Virus record (IMG/VR): IMGVR_UViG_3300045988_141926
Span: 380 to 64,379 of that record
Origin: a virus
Reading direction: 5' to 3' (one strand)
DNA length: 64,000 bases
The translations under genes and the position numbers were made by a program. How positions within the stretch are numbered: the stretch's first letter is position 1; each line of letters opens with the position of its first letter. Below are positions 26,831 through 38,067 of the stretch, in pieces. The notes under the pieces are model-generated. The model made no database searches. It had not been told where the DNA came from and saw nothing but the letters and a program-made list of their open reading frames with translations.

Positions 26831-27466
26831 TGAATATAGTTCATTTTTAAAACTATCATCAAATGAAAGAGAAAACTTTGTAATAGAGGAGCCTTCGAAG
26901 CAAGGTTCACACTCTTCTCCTAAAATACAAAGTTTAGAAATAATTGCTTCATTAATAATGAAAAACTACGGCTTTCCATTATTATCTTTCGTCCAAGTTC
27001 CATCTAAAGTGCCTTCATCGAGTTCCATAGAATGATTATTACCCTACTCAACAATGCGCTTACATTCTGGATATTGGCCGGTCCATAAATATCCTTCAGT
27101 CATAAGATATTCATGTTCATTAACGCCATCATCTAAAAATTTCTAAAACCAAACCTTGGCACCTAAATCTACAAAACCATAAGGTCTAGTAGTGTCTTTC
27201 ATTTCAAATTTACCATTTGAAATGTCAATAATTCTATTGTGTTCCTCAAAATCTCCATTAGATTCATTGTAAAAACCAACAATAGGACTGCCAGGGAGAC
27301 TGTTAGCCATCTCCCTTGCAATTTCTTTAGAAATAATGCTTCGATTGCGATTTGGTTCATCCCCAACGTAGCAAACTTTAATTTGGCATTTAGAAATCAA
27401 AGGATTAATAGGAGTTACATTAATAAATTCACAAGGCGTTTCAAGTTTAATACTTTGATGCTTCAT
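25874..27466 (-). CDS. Prohead protease-scaffold fusion frame (~530 aa)
   Basis: ATG at 27466 with SD AGGAGG. The frame continues through TAGs into the charged coiled-coil scaffold region. The layout resembles lambda C/Nu3. Confidence 0.45.
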
Positions 27467-27477
27467 GATTTACCTCC

Positions 27478-29139
27478 TTAATTCATTGACTCTTTATTTT
27501 TTATGGTTTTTTCACTTTTCTAATCATCAGCCTTTTCAGGTCGCCCAGACTATTTTGTTTCAGTAGTCTGTTTTGTAGTAGTCTATTGATTACTACTTCC
27601 TGAATTATTTTGTGTTTTATTCTAATTGTTTGAACCTTTATTACCCAAAACATCTTGACTGCTCATAGTAGAAGACATTAATGGTGGGATCATAATTTCA
27701 GTTAGTTTCAACACATCATTTTCAAATACCGCAGTATTTAAAATGAAACTCTAAGAATGACCAAGAGCAATTTGAGGTAACATCTTAGAATAACCAAGTT
27801 GCGTTTGCTCTTTATATAATTTTGACATTTCTTTATAATTATATTGTGTAGTTTCAAGCATATAAAATTTAAAACTATATTTCTTATTGTTCGCAACCTT
27901 CATCTTTACTATTCTATCAAAAAAAATGTTAAATTGCAACAACAAGTTTCTAACAGTTGACTCATCATTAAGGATAGACTTCTCTAATGATAAATTACCA
28001 TCAGTATTGAATAGATTTTGAGAAATACCTAAATTATTATAAACAGTACGTTCAACTTTTGCTAAATCATCTGTAGTAGTTGTAGTATTTTTATCTGATA
28101 AATCAATAGATTGAACATCAGTAAATGTTGTTAAAACATCAACGCCAATAGCTCTTGATAACATAGCAACAGCATTATTGTGTATGTCACGAGATTCATC
28201 AATATCAAATATTAAATCACCATTTTTATCCATTGGAAGTTTTTGAACAATAATTTTTAACAACTTCTACATTTGTTTTCTGCGGTCTAAATCTTGAGCA
28301 GCATCTAAATCCATAAGAGCAGGAATAGAATTAATAAATGGTGGGGTATCGCTACCATTAAAATTAAATTTCACACTTAATTCTGGGGATAGTAAATACC
28401 AGCTTCCACTATAATCTCCCTTAATATCAGGAAGTAATTTTCCTTTCTTATATAAAACATATCCACGCTAAAATTCTTCAGGGAATAATTTTAATACGCG
28501 CATACGATAATTAGGATCTGGGAACTAATCAAAAAACCGCATATCAAACTCAATTGCTGGCATACCAGCCACAAAGTATCTAGAACGGCAATAACTAGCA
28601 GGCAATTCTTGTAACATTAAACTATTTGCAGATTGCACTATATATCCATAATAACAACCATTTTTCATAATACTTTGAGCAATATCACCGCAGATTTTTT
28701 TAATATAAGTATTATCTAAGTAATTTAATAACTTTGAAAAATCTTTTAAAACTTTTTCATCTTTTACTGTATCATCTAAAATTTCTGGAGCGACATACCA
28801 ATCATATCTATACAAATAAGCAAAATAATTACATACTCGCTCATAAATGCCACTAATATCATAAAATAAATTAGAAATTCTACGCATTTCAACAATATCA
28901 CGATTTATCATAGCTCGTAATACATCATTTTTAGTGACCATGCGACATGGACCACGACGATTAGGATATAATCGAGCAAATGACCCTAAATCTAATACAG
29001 CATCATCTAATGTTTGAACCCCAACTTTTATCTTACGATATTCTGTTGGATCAGCAGTTCGATAATCACTTGTTCCATTGCTGATATTAAATCCTTTGGA
29101 GTGGATGATTTCCTAACGTGATAATTCTTTAGTATCCAA
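27478..29139 (-). CDS. Portal protein (~553 aa), TTG start, in-frame TAGs
   Basis: The fragment ORFs 28525-28941 and 27751-28263 share a frame. SD AAGGAGGTG lies upstream of the TTG. The TAA overlaps the next gene's SD. Confidence 0.55.
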
Positions 29140-29151
29140 AATTCCACCTCC

Positions 29152-29508
29152 TTAATATCCAGCTAATTTCATTATATAATCATATGTAATAAGATTTTCA
29201 TCTGTATAAGGAATCTCTATTAATTTAAAATCATGTAAAGCACAAAAACGTCGTTTCTGATTATCATTATACTGTTGTTGATATAAACCTTTTTTACCGC
29301 CAAATTTCGCACTAGGCTCATAATGCTATTTACCCTAATACTCAATAATAAAATCAATTCTACCATCATCATCAAAAACAACAAAATCGAAACGTAATGG
29401 TCTACCGCTTGGTGCTTTTAAATCTGGAAAAATATATTCCATCTTGAACGGTAATTCAGCTTGCCGCAAAATTTCTTCAATTTTAATTTCGCCTCTAGAC
29501 GCTCTCAT
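29152..29508 (-). CDS. DUF559/Vsr-like PD-(D/E)xK endonuclease (~118 aa)
   Basis: Motif RFDFVVFDDDGRIDFIIEY-G-H. SD GGAGGT. Sits between the terminase and portal genes, a common site for homing endonuclease insertion. Confidence 0.4.
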
Positions 29509-29518
29509 AATTACCTCC

Positions 29519-31252
29519 TTAGTTTAAGAAACACCAATCTTTAGCATTAAACTTTTTACGTTTCTTCTTTTTATCTTCTTCTAATTTTAAATAATATAGT
29601 CCATATTCAAAAGCAGAAAATTTATCTTTTCGGATACTTTTATTTGCTTGCTTCAGGATAATATTTACTCCTTCAGTTTCTTCACGCAAATTCATCATTT
29701 CTTCTTTTAATATGGAAGTTAAAGTAAATGGTTTTAATTCTTCTGCCCTCTATTCTGGAGTCATAGTTTGACCTTTCTTTTTAGCAAGAAGTTTATTTTT
29801 TGCTACGCGCTCATCAATTAAAAATTTTACTTTTCCAGAAGCGAGTTGTGATTTAGCAATAGCGTGAGCTTCTGTATTAAGTGGCGCATTAGCTTTTATA
29901 ATATACATAGCATCTAATACGGTATTAGATGTTTTATATTTCTTGTAAAATAAATCATCATCATTAACAACGCCAAAATCAGGGAAGATTTCGTTGGTTT
30001 CAGGGTCAATCTATGTTTTAACCATATAATCAATTAAACCAATTCCTAAACCATTACCATCAATTACAATTCTATCAGCATTATATTTATAATATAATTT
30101 TTTTAATTTAATAGTTTGGTCTTCAAAATGCTCATCAGACAATGTATATAAGTTTACTAAACTTTTAATTGAACCACCTTGTGATTGTGGGGTCACTTTA
30201 AATACACAAATAACTGAATCACATCCTTTACGGCCAACGTCGACCGCAAGTACATAAGATGCTAATTTTGAATTACGCCCAGATGCTTCATATTCAGGCT
30301 AATTTAATATTCTATTTCTATCAAATATTTCAGCATTAAAAAACGCATCTTCTACAGTACCAGACCATTTACTTTCATATTCTCGGTCAAATGAACTTTC
30401 ATTGAATGTTCCGTCCATTTTTAGGTCTTTAATAAAATTCGCATCCAATAATTTCATTAAAACAGGAATACGATAAGTACCACCCATAATAATGGATTGC
30501 TAAGGTTTAACAATTTCCCAAACTAATAATTGAATTAATTTATCATAAGGGAATGTATTTTTATACCCAGCAGTAGTAATATAAATTTGAGATTTATTAA
30601 GAGTTTCATCAGGTTGAGTAGTACCATCCATACACATACGAGAAATATTCATTGTAGGGATAATAACTTGTGATAGAATATCACCATCAACACCAACACA
30701 CTCTTCGATTAAACCACCATGGCGACGTTTACCACGAGAAGACTCTCTCGCGGCAATATTGTCAAAATATGAACCATTTTTAAATACATATTTAACATAA
30801 TCTTTTCCTTCAAGTGTCTAGCCACGGCGCCAATCTATTTCTTTCTAAAATGCAGGAATAAGAGTACAAATTTCTTGGACTTTTTCTTTTACAATTCCAG
30901 CCGCTTGTTCTTTACCACCAGAAGTAATAAATAATTTACATCTGGGATATAAAATCGCACGACACATTAAGACCATCATTGATAAAAAAGATTTTGAATA
31001 AGCACGAGGAAATACTGCATAAATATATTTATGACGCATCGCAGCGCGCAAAAAAATTCTCTAATAAAAATAGAGTTTAAAATGTTGAGGGCCGCCATCG
31101 GGTCCTGCCATAAAGTCGATAAACATATCTGGATATTCTCTCCAAAAGGCTATGTACTATCTTGCTTCTGGTATAATTGCACGAAGACGGTCCTCTGAAA
31201 TTCCAATCTTTTTACGCTTCTAAGATAAATCAAGTAAATCCTATAAAGCCAT
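29519..31252 (-). CDS. terL: Terminase large subunit (~577 aa), about 8 in-frame TAG
   Basis: P-loop-like RAYSKS and a nuclease-domain region (ESKWSG). The fragment ORFs 30845-31051, 30299-30487 and 30011-30196 share a frame. SD GAAGGA. Confidence 0.7.
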
Positions 31253-31253
31253 A

Positions 31254-32450
31254 TTATCCTTCTAAATTCCTCAAAGTCTAAGCATCTATTTCAGACTCTT
31301 CTTCAAGGAAATCATTATATTCAATTAAATCTTCATCTTTGAGATGGTCAATCTCTTCCATCGTTAAATCTTCTTCAATATCTTGGTCTTCTTCTTTATT
31401 TTCTTCTTCTTGCATTTTCTTGATAGCACCTTCAATGAGATTACCTAGATTCATTTCTTCGGTGACCAATGTATGTGTATAATTCTTTAAATCTTGTAGA
31501 GTTTCATCAACTTTATCTTTTGGACCTTCTGTGTAATACCGAGGAATAAATCCTTCAGTTTCACACATAGCCACTAATTCTCCGATAGAATCAAATGCTT
31601 CTCCTGTATCAGCCTTGTTTTGAGCGGCGGTGAAATTACCTGATTTCATTAGACTATCATAAACCTTGCTCATCTTTTGGAAACCTTCGATATCACCAAT
31701 ATCGATTAGCTAGTTCGCCTTCAAGGATGTTTTACAAATTAACTTTAATGTATCAATATGACCAGCGCCACGAATATCATAAGAACTCATCATTTCTTCA
31801 TAGAGTTGCTCTAATTTAACCCATTCTTCTGGTTTATAAGCTTTACCCCATTTCATACGAAGATATAGAATATCTTCTTCTGTTAAATCGAGGTCATCTG
31901 CTGGGTCATGTTCAATACCATTCTATTGGTCAAAATAATTATCACCATCTCTAAAACGCTCTGGTAATTCAGGAGTATAAGGTTTTAATTCTTCTTCTGG
32001 AATGGCGACGGTAGATTTAGCAATAGCAGTTGCTATTTGCTAGGCATCATAGCCTTGTCGTTTCATAGTTTGCTCTAATTTATTATTAGCCACTTCCTAT
32101 AAAAACTCAGAATCTTTCCATCTATAATCTTTATATTGTTTAAGTTTCATTTTGGACAAATATCTACCTAAAATACTCATACCAGTTAATTTAGATTTAT
32201 CTTGTCCATATTTCATCATTAATTTACTCCACTCATCAGGAACGTATGGTACATCAATCTCTTGTAAAATCCACATATAAGTTTCTGGATTCCAGTTATC
32301 TACAAGCATTGTGATGCATTTTTTACATTGAGGGAGTTTTCCATCATTTGGATATTTTTCTAAATTATTAGATGTATAGAATTGGTCAGCGCCCATAGTT
32401 CTATTACATCGTTCGCAATAATATACTTTATTACTATTATCTACAGCCAT
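31254..32450 (-). CDS. Hypothetical protein (~398 aa) with N-terminal CxxC...CxxC
   Basis: ATG at 32450 with SD AGGAGG. The frame is continuous through TAGs to the TAA at 31254, next to the terL start. Confidence 0.4.
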
Positions 32451-32492
32451 AATTTTCCTCCTTATATCTATCCAATAACAGGCATCTCAAAA

Positions 32493-33557
32493 TTATAACT
32501 GTTTGCCCTTGTTTTTGGCATTGCGGCATTTTTTACAAATACTATAATAACCATCTTTACTAGTTTTATTTTTGCTAAAATATTTATTATGTGCTAATTT
32601 AATTTGCCCACAGCGACTACATTTTTTATATTTACCTTTTGCTTTATGTAAATAGTAATCATATAGGTATTGGTCTTCAGCCGCTGAAGCGATTAATTTA
32701 GGAATTTTATTGCGCCATAAACTAGAAATATATTCTAAACTATGGGTAATATTAAATTCCTCTTGGATTCTCTTTTGGATGTCTATATTCTATAATCCAT
32801 CAATTTTATATTCAACTATTCTGTCATATAGTGGATAATCTTTAAGAGCGATGGTACATAAATTATCAAAATCTTCCATAATATACCATAAATCTCTTTC
32901 AAAATCTCCCCAACTATCTTGTTTTAAACGAGAATAATTACATAAAATTGCAGAACATACTCTAGGATCTAATAGTGAAATGCCATCCGGGATTGGATAA
33001 CCATCATCATCAAAAATGCAAGTTGTGTCCTCTAATGGAATAAAATTTCTTGAACGAGTAATTTTAGTCATAATAATTGGACGACGAACCGCATTTTTAA
33101 TAACATACTAATCTTTACGCATTTCAATAATAGCACGTTTAATTATAAATGCTTCGCGTCCTTCACTAACTCGTAATTTGGCTTCCCAAGTAGTAATGGC
33201 GTCTCTCAACTATTTTAAATGAGGTATTTCTTCTATATCTTTTTTAGTAATTGTAATTTTAGGCTAAAATATTGTATTTTTATTTTCAGTAATTAAATTA
33301 TAAATTCCATCTTCGCCATTCTCAAATTGGGAAACAAGACCTTCAAAAGATGTTTCACGTTTATTAACTGTTGCCATACGATTATCAGTTAATAGTTTAC
33401 GCTCCTTCTTCTCTTGTTTCTCCATACAAAGAATGATATAGTCCCCTAATATTTCTAAATATCGAGGAGAGGGGTCTGGGGTTTCCTCTAATATTTTCTT
33501 GACTAATTCATTTCTTTCTTCTGGAGTTTGTAAGGAATAATCTAATTTTATCATCAT
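32493..33557 (-). CDS. First gene of the late operon (~354 aa), C-terminal Zn-ribbon
   Basis: ATG at 33557 with SD GGAGGT. C-terminal CSRCGQ...CKKC motif. The frame continues through TAGs at 33264 and 32790. Confidence 0.4.
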
Positions 33558-33725
33558 TACCTCCAGATTTTTTTACGTCTTCATTATACAAAAAATTTTT
33601 CCAGGTGTCAAATTTTAATAAATGCATTTAAAAAATTTTTAAACGATACTATTAATTGGAAAAAATTTGACAATAAAAAAAATTTTTTGTATTATTATTA
33701 TAATAAAAAATAAAAGGAGAAGTTT
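33558..33725. promoter_or_regulatory. Divergent promoter region between the late operon and the plus-strand block
   Basis: ORF-free and AT-rich. Contains TTGACA...TATAAT upstream of the 33726 gene. Confidence 0.45.
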
Positions 33726-34124
33726 ATGGTAATTGCTATTGTTATATTAAGTATATTATTAATATTATCTATTATATATAATATATTGTTTACAAAGGGA
33801 GTAGTTAAACTTCTAGACCCTGAAACTATTGAACAAAAATATAATTTAATAGCAGATTATTATGAAGATGCAAATAATATTGAAGAAAGTTTCCCTTGTT
33901 GTTTACTATTACATCTTCAATTTAATGCGAAGGAATTCGCAAAAATCACAGACTTCTCTAATTATGAAAATTCTAATATAATCGCTTATTCAGTTTTGTC
34001 CAAGAGCCCACCACCGCCTGGATACGCAAATCAATTAGAGAAAGACGGCTCTATAAGAATATTAGTCCGCAATGTTCGAGTAAATAAATATAAGGATGGT
34101 GAATATTTTTGGGAGCCTATGTAA
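33726..34124 (+). CDS. Membrane-anchored hypothetical protein, 132 aa
   Basis: ORF with an SD. Hydrophobic N-terminus. Confidence 0.5.
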   Translation: MVIAIVILSILLILSIIYNILFTKGVVKLLDPETIEQKYNLIADYYEDANNIEESFPCCLLLHLQFNAKEFAKITDFSNYENSNIIAYSVLSKSPPPPGYANQLEKDGSIRILVRNVRVNKYKDGEYFWEPM

Positions 34125-34315
34125 TTGTTATCTTTTGGATAATCATTTCAGCATTAGTAATGTTTGAATATATTGATGCAATTCAAAGCGCCGGTGAAAA
34201 TAAATTAATTGTTTGTTTAATATTTTTTATTGGTGGCCCAATATTTGCTGCGAGTGATTTATTACAAAGAATTTTAGATATATTTTTACCGGAAGGGTGG
34301 AATGGTGATGACTGA
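34109..34315 (+). CDS. Small membrane protein, 68 aa
   Basis: Hydrophobic ORF. Confidence 0.4.
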   Translation: MGAYVIVIFWIIISALVMFEYIDAIQSAGENKLIVCLIFFIGGPIFAASDLLQRILDIFLPEGWNGDD

Positions 34316-34334
34316 AAAATAGATTAAATATATT

Positions 34335-34625
34335 TTGAAAAATTTTAAACGAGGCACTATTATTCTATTTATGGGTGTATCATTTAATCAATATATTAAT
34401 CTTGAACAATTAACTGAAGCAGGATATACTTGTATCCTATTGGGTGAAGGTCAAGATTATTGGCCCTATATTAAAAATAATATGATTATTTATGTGGATA
34501 ATATTGATACTAAAATAAATTGTTATCCACTACATTGTCCTATTTTTGTATATAATAAAAATCAAGTTATTAACGCGGAAGATAGAGATGTGCGCGTTTG
34601 GGCAGAAGTGTTAAAAGAGGAGTAA
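34335..34625 (+). CDS. Hypothetical protein
   Basis: ORF. Confidence 0.4.
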   Translation: MKNFKRGTIILFMGVSFNQYINLEQLTEAGYTCILLGEGQDYWPYIKNNMIIYVDNIDTKINCYPLHCPIFVYNKNQVINAEDRDVRVWAEVLKEE

Positions 34626-34626
34626 T

Positions 34627-34920
34627 ATGAAGATTTATAAATATTTAATTGAAACTCCAGGGTCAACTCATATTATGGACCATTTAACTGATATTGTATC
34701 TACTGGATTGGATGTAAATAATAATCCATGCGTATGGGCAGTTTATGATGAAAAGGCACCTGAAAAATATTTCCAGATTAATGCTGTTGGTACAGGTTGG
34801 GAATTGGATAAATATGTAAATAATAATGACAAGTATTTAGGAGTTATTAATGATGGTGAATATATTTGGCATATCATTAAGTCTTCTGGAGAAAAATGCC
34901 ATGTAATGGAGGAGAAGTGA
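34627..34920 (+). CDS. Hypothetical protein, 97 aa
   Basis: ORF. Confidence 0.45.
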   Translation: MKIYKYLIETPGSTHIMDHLTDIVSTGLDVNNNPCVWAVYDEKAPEKYFQINAVGTGWELDKYVNNNDKYLGVINDGEYIWHIIKSSGEKCHVMEEK

Positions 34921-34924
34921 TTTT

Positions 34925-35242
34925 ATGGAAGATGGAAAAAATTATTTTGATATTGTAATGCGAGAAGGCCAAGCAATAGTTCATAATGAAGGTTCTATTC
35001 ATTAGGTTGATAGTTTAGGCCGTCTTGTTTTTCCTAAAAATTTAAGACAAAAATATGGTATTGCTCCTGGCGACCGTATGGAATTTTATACTATTGAATA
35101 CAATGGTGAAATTTATGTTGGAGTGCGAGTGAGTAAACGATATGGTAGTAGAATAGAGTATTTACGCGCTAAAGAAGTATTAGATGATTTAGGAATTGAA
35201 ATTCCTCAAAAACTAACTGATGCTATTAATGGAGTAATATAA
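34925..35242 (+). CDS. AbrB/SpoVT-family DNA-binding protein with an in-frame TAG at ~35003
   Basis: VDSLGRLVFPKNLRQKYGIAPGDRMEF matches the AbrB swapped-hairpin domain. The TAG falls at the conserved RKVD position. Confidence 0.55.
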
Positions 35243-35244
35243 TT

Positions 35245-35388
35245 ATGCCTAAGTATAAAAGTTTTGGTAATGCACTTGCCGCTAAGATGCAGAAAAAAGC
35301 TAATTATTATGCTACTAAAGCAGTTCATCAAATTGTATGGGGTGAAAACCCTAAACGTGGTCGTCCTAAGAAGGAGAATAAAAAATGA
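35245..35388 (+). CDS. Small basic protein, 47 aa
   Basis: ATG after the TAA. Ends in TGA, overlapping the next ATG. Confidence 0.35.
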   Translation: MPKYKSFGNALAAKMQKKANYYATKAVHQIVWGENPKRGRPKKENKK

Positions 35389-35468
35389 TTCTTGAAGCAT
35401 TAGCATTAATAGGATTAATTTTATTTTTTCCTATTTGGTTTTTTGGTAGGAATAAAATTAAAAAATAA
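35385..35468 (+). CDS. 27-aa hydrophobic peptide
   Basis: MILEALALIGLILFFPIWFFGRNKIKK. Confidence 0.3.
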   Translation: MILEALALIGLILFFPIWFFGRNKIKK

Positions 35469-35530
35469 TTAAAAAAGTTCTACCGTTATCCAAATTGAAA
35501 AAAGTTCTACCGTTATCTGAATTGAAAAAA
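35469..35530. repeat. 2x ~25-bp direct repeat (aattgaaaaaagttctaccgttatc)
   Basis: Direct repeat. Confidence 0.6.
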
Positions 35531-35853
35531 GTTTTGGTGAGAGTTTGTACCAGCCAAACAAAAAAATAAAAATCAAAAAAAATTTTTTCCCGAAACCCAC
35601 CCCCCCCGGTCGGTTTTTATCTGAGAAAAAATCTGAACACTATCGAGGCCTTCTTGGGCTTGGCGCACGCGGAAAGGCTAGACCATCCCCAATACAGCCC
35701 CTCAACTCACAGGACCGCGAATGGCTGTCGCGGTCCTCATTCGCAATAAATACAAACTCCACAAAAAATCTCTCGCAAATTTGTGTATTCTGCCAATAGA
35801 CAAGCATCCTGAAATCTGGTATAATAGTATCATCAATCAAGGAGGAATAGTCT

Positions 35854-35949
35854 ATGTCTATCATCTACAAAGTCGTGCGCTTCATCACCGCGGTCGCTGT
35901 TGTCGCGGGCATTGGCATCCTGATGTGCCTCATCTGCCTCCCTCATTGA
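35854..35949 (+). CDS. 31-aa hydrophobic peptide with its own promoter, SD and terminator
   Basis: TAGACA-17-TATAAT, SD AAGGAGG, sequence MSIIYKVVRFITAVAVVAGIGILMCLICLPH. Terminator cctccctcattgagggaggtttttt. Confidence 0.45.
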   Translation: MSIIYKVVRFITAVAVVAGIGILMCLICLPH

Positions 35950-35977
35950 GGGAGGTTTTTTGTTGCCCTAAGATTGT

Positions 35978-36780
35978 TAAAAATTTAACAATGTAGCAAG
36001 ATTGTTAAAAGATTAACAATGTAGCGAGATTGTTAAAAATTTAACAATCACTCAACCAAGAGAAGACAAGGACACGCACGGCACAGTAGACAAGGCAGAG
36101 CGAGCCAACGAGCGAGCGACCAACAGACAAAGAGAACAACACACAACACAACACAATGATAGATACATTGTTAATGTATTAACAATGTAGTATAGTAGTA
36201 TGGTATGGTAGGGTATGGGTGGGGTGGGCTATGGGTAGTAGGTAGGGAGAGAGAGTAGGCCGACAATAAGAGAATGGAGCGCGCTTCCCACCGGTCGGGT
36301 ACACCGGGAACCGCGCACGATAAATCTAATGTAAGTATTCTATTTCTCTTTTGGGTTCATCATCGTTAACGGCCCTAATCGCCCAAGAATAAGCCCTCGC
36401 ACAATTGCCAAACAATACAGCGGCGCAGGCGCTGAACAGCGCGTATCCCGCAACACACAGCTCTCACAGAGGGGCGAGCAAGATTGTTAAAAATTTAACA
36501 ATGTGAGAGCCAAGAGCAAGAGAGTAAAGAGTGCGCTTGCACAGGTAGCAAGGAGGACACGCACGGCACAGTTGATACATTCGCTGACCGAGCAAGATTG
36601 TTAAAAATTTCACAATGTGTGGATGTGGTGAATGTGCTGTTTAATTGTTAAAAATTTCACATTCGCTGTTGGATGCCGAACACGGTCGCAACGCCCCAGA
36701 CTTCACCACATTAAAGTGTTAAAGAAAAAAAATCGCAAATCCGATTGTTAAAATAATCACAATCTTCGTCCCGAAAATAA
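35978..36780. repeat. ORF-free region with at least 8 copies of the 18-bp palindrome TTGTTAAA-NN-TTTAACAA, plus direct repeats and G-runs
   Basis: Copies at ~35981, 36008, 36035, 36166, 36483, 36596, 36644 and 36742, plus 37862. Also holds a T-depleted segment (36062-36155) and a C-depleted G-run segment (36188-36285). Confidence 0.7.
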
Positions 36781-36863
36781 ATAGGTTATTTTTGAAAAAA
36801 CCTCTTGACAAATTACCCCAAGTGTGCTACAATGATTACAGTAAAACAAAGGAGGACGATACA

Positions 36864-37100
36864 ATGTCTAACATCTATGGAGTCTGCTACACCACGAAAG
36901 AGCCTGTTGTCTACAACAGAGGGACACAGTGGGAGAAAACCTGTTCCGACTTCCTGTTCGTTCAGGCAAACAAGGACAATGGCACAAAGCTGGTGGACAA
37001 ACTGAACGCTATGCTTGCCGAGGGTGTGGAAAAATACGAACTGTTGGACATGACCAAGATTGACCATTTCTATCTTGACAAGTCCGAGGAAATGTATTAA
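36864..37100 (+). CDS. Hypothetical protein, 78 aa
   Basis: TTGACA-17-TACAAT, SD AAGGAGG. Confidence 0.55.
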   Translation: MSNIYGVCYTTKEPVVYNRGTQWEKTCSDFLFVQANKDNGTKLVDKLNAMLAEGVEKYELLDMTKIDHFYLDKSEEMY

Positions 37101-37113
37101 GGAGGAAATGACA

Positions 37114-37302
37114 ATGACACGCACTATCGCTAATACCTACATCTGTATCAACGCCGAGGGGCAGACCCTTTCCATCATCGCCCGCACGGGTAACGAAGCC
37201 CACAACATCGCAATAGGGTTTTTGCGGAAAGCCAACATCGTGAGCGTTCGCCGCGTATTCAAGTCCGGCAAGCTGGGCAAGGAAATTCTGAAAATCAAGT
37301 AA
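37114..37302 (+). CDS. Hypothetical protein, 62 aa
   Basis: SD GGAGG. Terminator at 37308-37334. Confidence 0.5.
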   Translation: MTRTIANTYICINAEGQTLSIIARTGNEAHNIAIGFLRKANIVSVRRVFKSGKLGKEILKIK

Positions 37303-37405
37303 AAAAATAGGGCGCAAGCCCTATTTTTTTTTTGAAAAAACTATTGACAAATCCCGCAACAGATGTTATAATGAATACAGAAATTAAGAAATGAGGTACA
37401 TAAAA

Positions 37406-37540
37406 ATGAAAAAAAGCACACAGGGTTGGTACAAATTCGCGGACGGCACACAAGCATGGTTTCACGGTCTGAGCGCGCAGGAGCGCAAGGTTGAGGAACG
37501 CAAGCACGGCAAAGTCGTGAGTTTCATCCCCACAGTATGA
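37406..37540 (+). CDS. Hypothetical protein, 44 aa
   Basis: Promoter with a conserved leader, SD GAGG, and a terminator. Confidence 0.45.
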   Translation: MKKSTQGWYKFADGTQAWFHGLSAQERKVEERKHGKVVSFIPTV

Positions 37541-37648
37541 CAGGGCGCAAGCCCTGTTATTTTTTTTTATTTTTTTTGAAAAAACTATTGACAAACACAA
37601 ATAAGCGTGTTATAATAAATACAGAAATTAAGAAATGAGGTATACAAA

Positions 37649-37837
37649 ATGAAGAACATCTATGAAATCGAGAACATCATCGACGGAATCTCCGCTGATG
37701 ACTGGGCTGGCATTTGTAATCTGATGGACTACTACTATCAGTCGAATTTCTCTGCTGACGCTGAACAGAGACTGGCAAGGGCAATCGCTCCTTACGGCTT
37801 GACCGTTGAGGAAATTCTGACCTGGGACGCTGAGTAA
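37649..37837 (+). CDS. Hypothetical protein, 62 aa
   Basis: Near-identical promoter and leader to the 37406 unit. Confidence 0.5.
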   Translation: MKNIYEIENIIDGISADDWAGICNLMDYYYQSNFSADAEQRLARAIAPYGLTVEEILTWDAE

Positions 37838-38067
37838 GCGTCCTATTTTTTTGCTGTTGGATTGTTAAAATTTTAACGAGCATCGTCGCGCTCATCAGGC
37901 ACGTGGCGCTCCGAAATATTATACCACAGCAGTCCACCAGTTGTCAAGAGAAAAATGCGAAAATTTCGCACAAAATTCGCCATCCCGATTTGTATAGTCT
38001 GCCAATAGACAAAATGAAATAAGCGTGTTATAATGAATACAACAAAACAACAAAGGAGATACACACT

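Noticed and set aside
2302-27035. Plus-strand ORFs inside the late region (2302-2484, 5512-5715, 8338-8667, 11284-11532, 13451-13876, 20040-20252, 20353-20577, 26160-26357, 26694-27035) and 4791-5045
   Set aside because: They lie antisense to continuous long genes or off-frame, have low-complexity translations, and lack an SD. They are judged spurious.
298-33557. Dozens of 60-360-aa minus-strand ORF fragments that look like decayed pseudogenes
   Set aside because: Adjacent fragments share a frame, and they are interrupted only by TAG, never TAA or TGA. This fits amber reassignment, so they were merged into full-length genes.
33558-35850. Integrase, attP or lysogeny module at the strand switch
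   Set aside because: No recombinase-like ORF was found. The AbrB-like protein is the only regulator-like protein, so the region is treated as an early/late divergent promoter region.
35978-36780. CRISPR array
   Set aside because: The repeats are palindromic 18-mers at irregular spacing, with no constant repeat-spacer periodicity and no cas genes.
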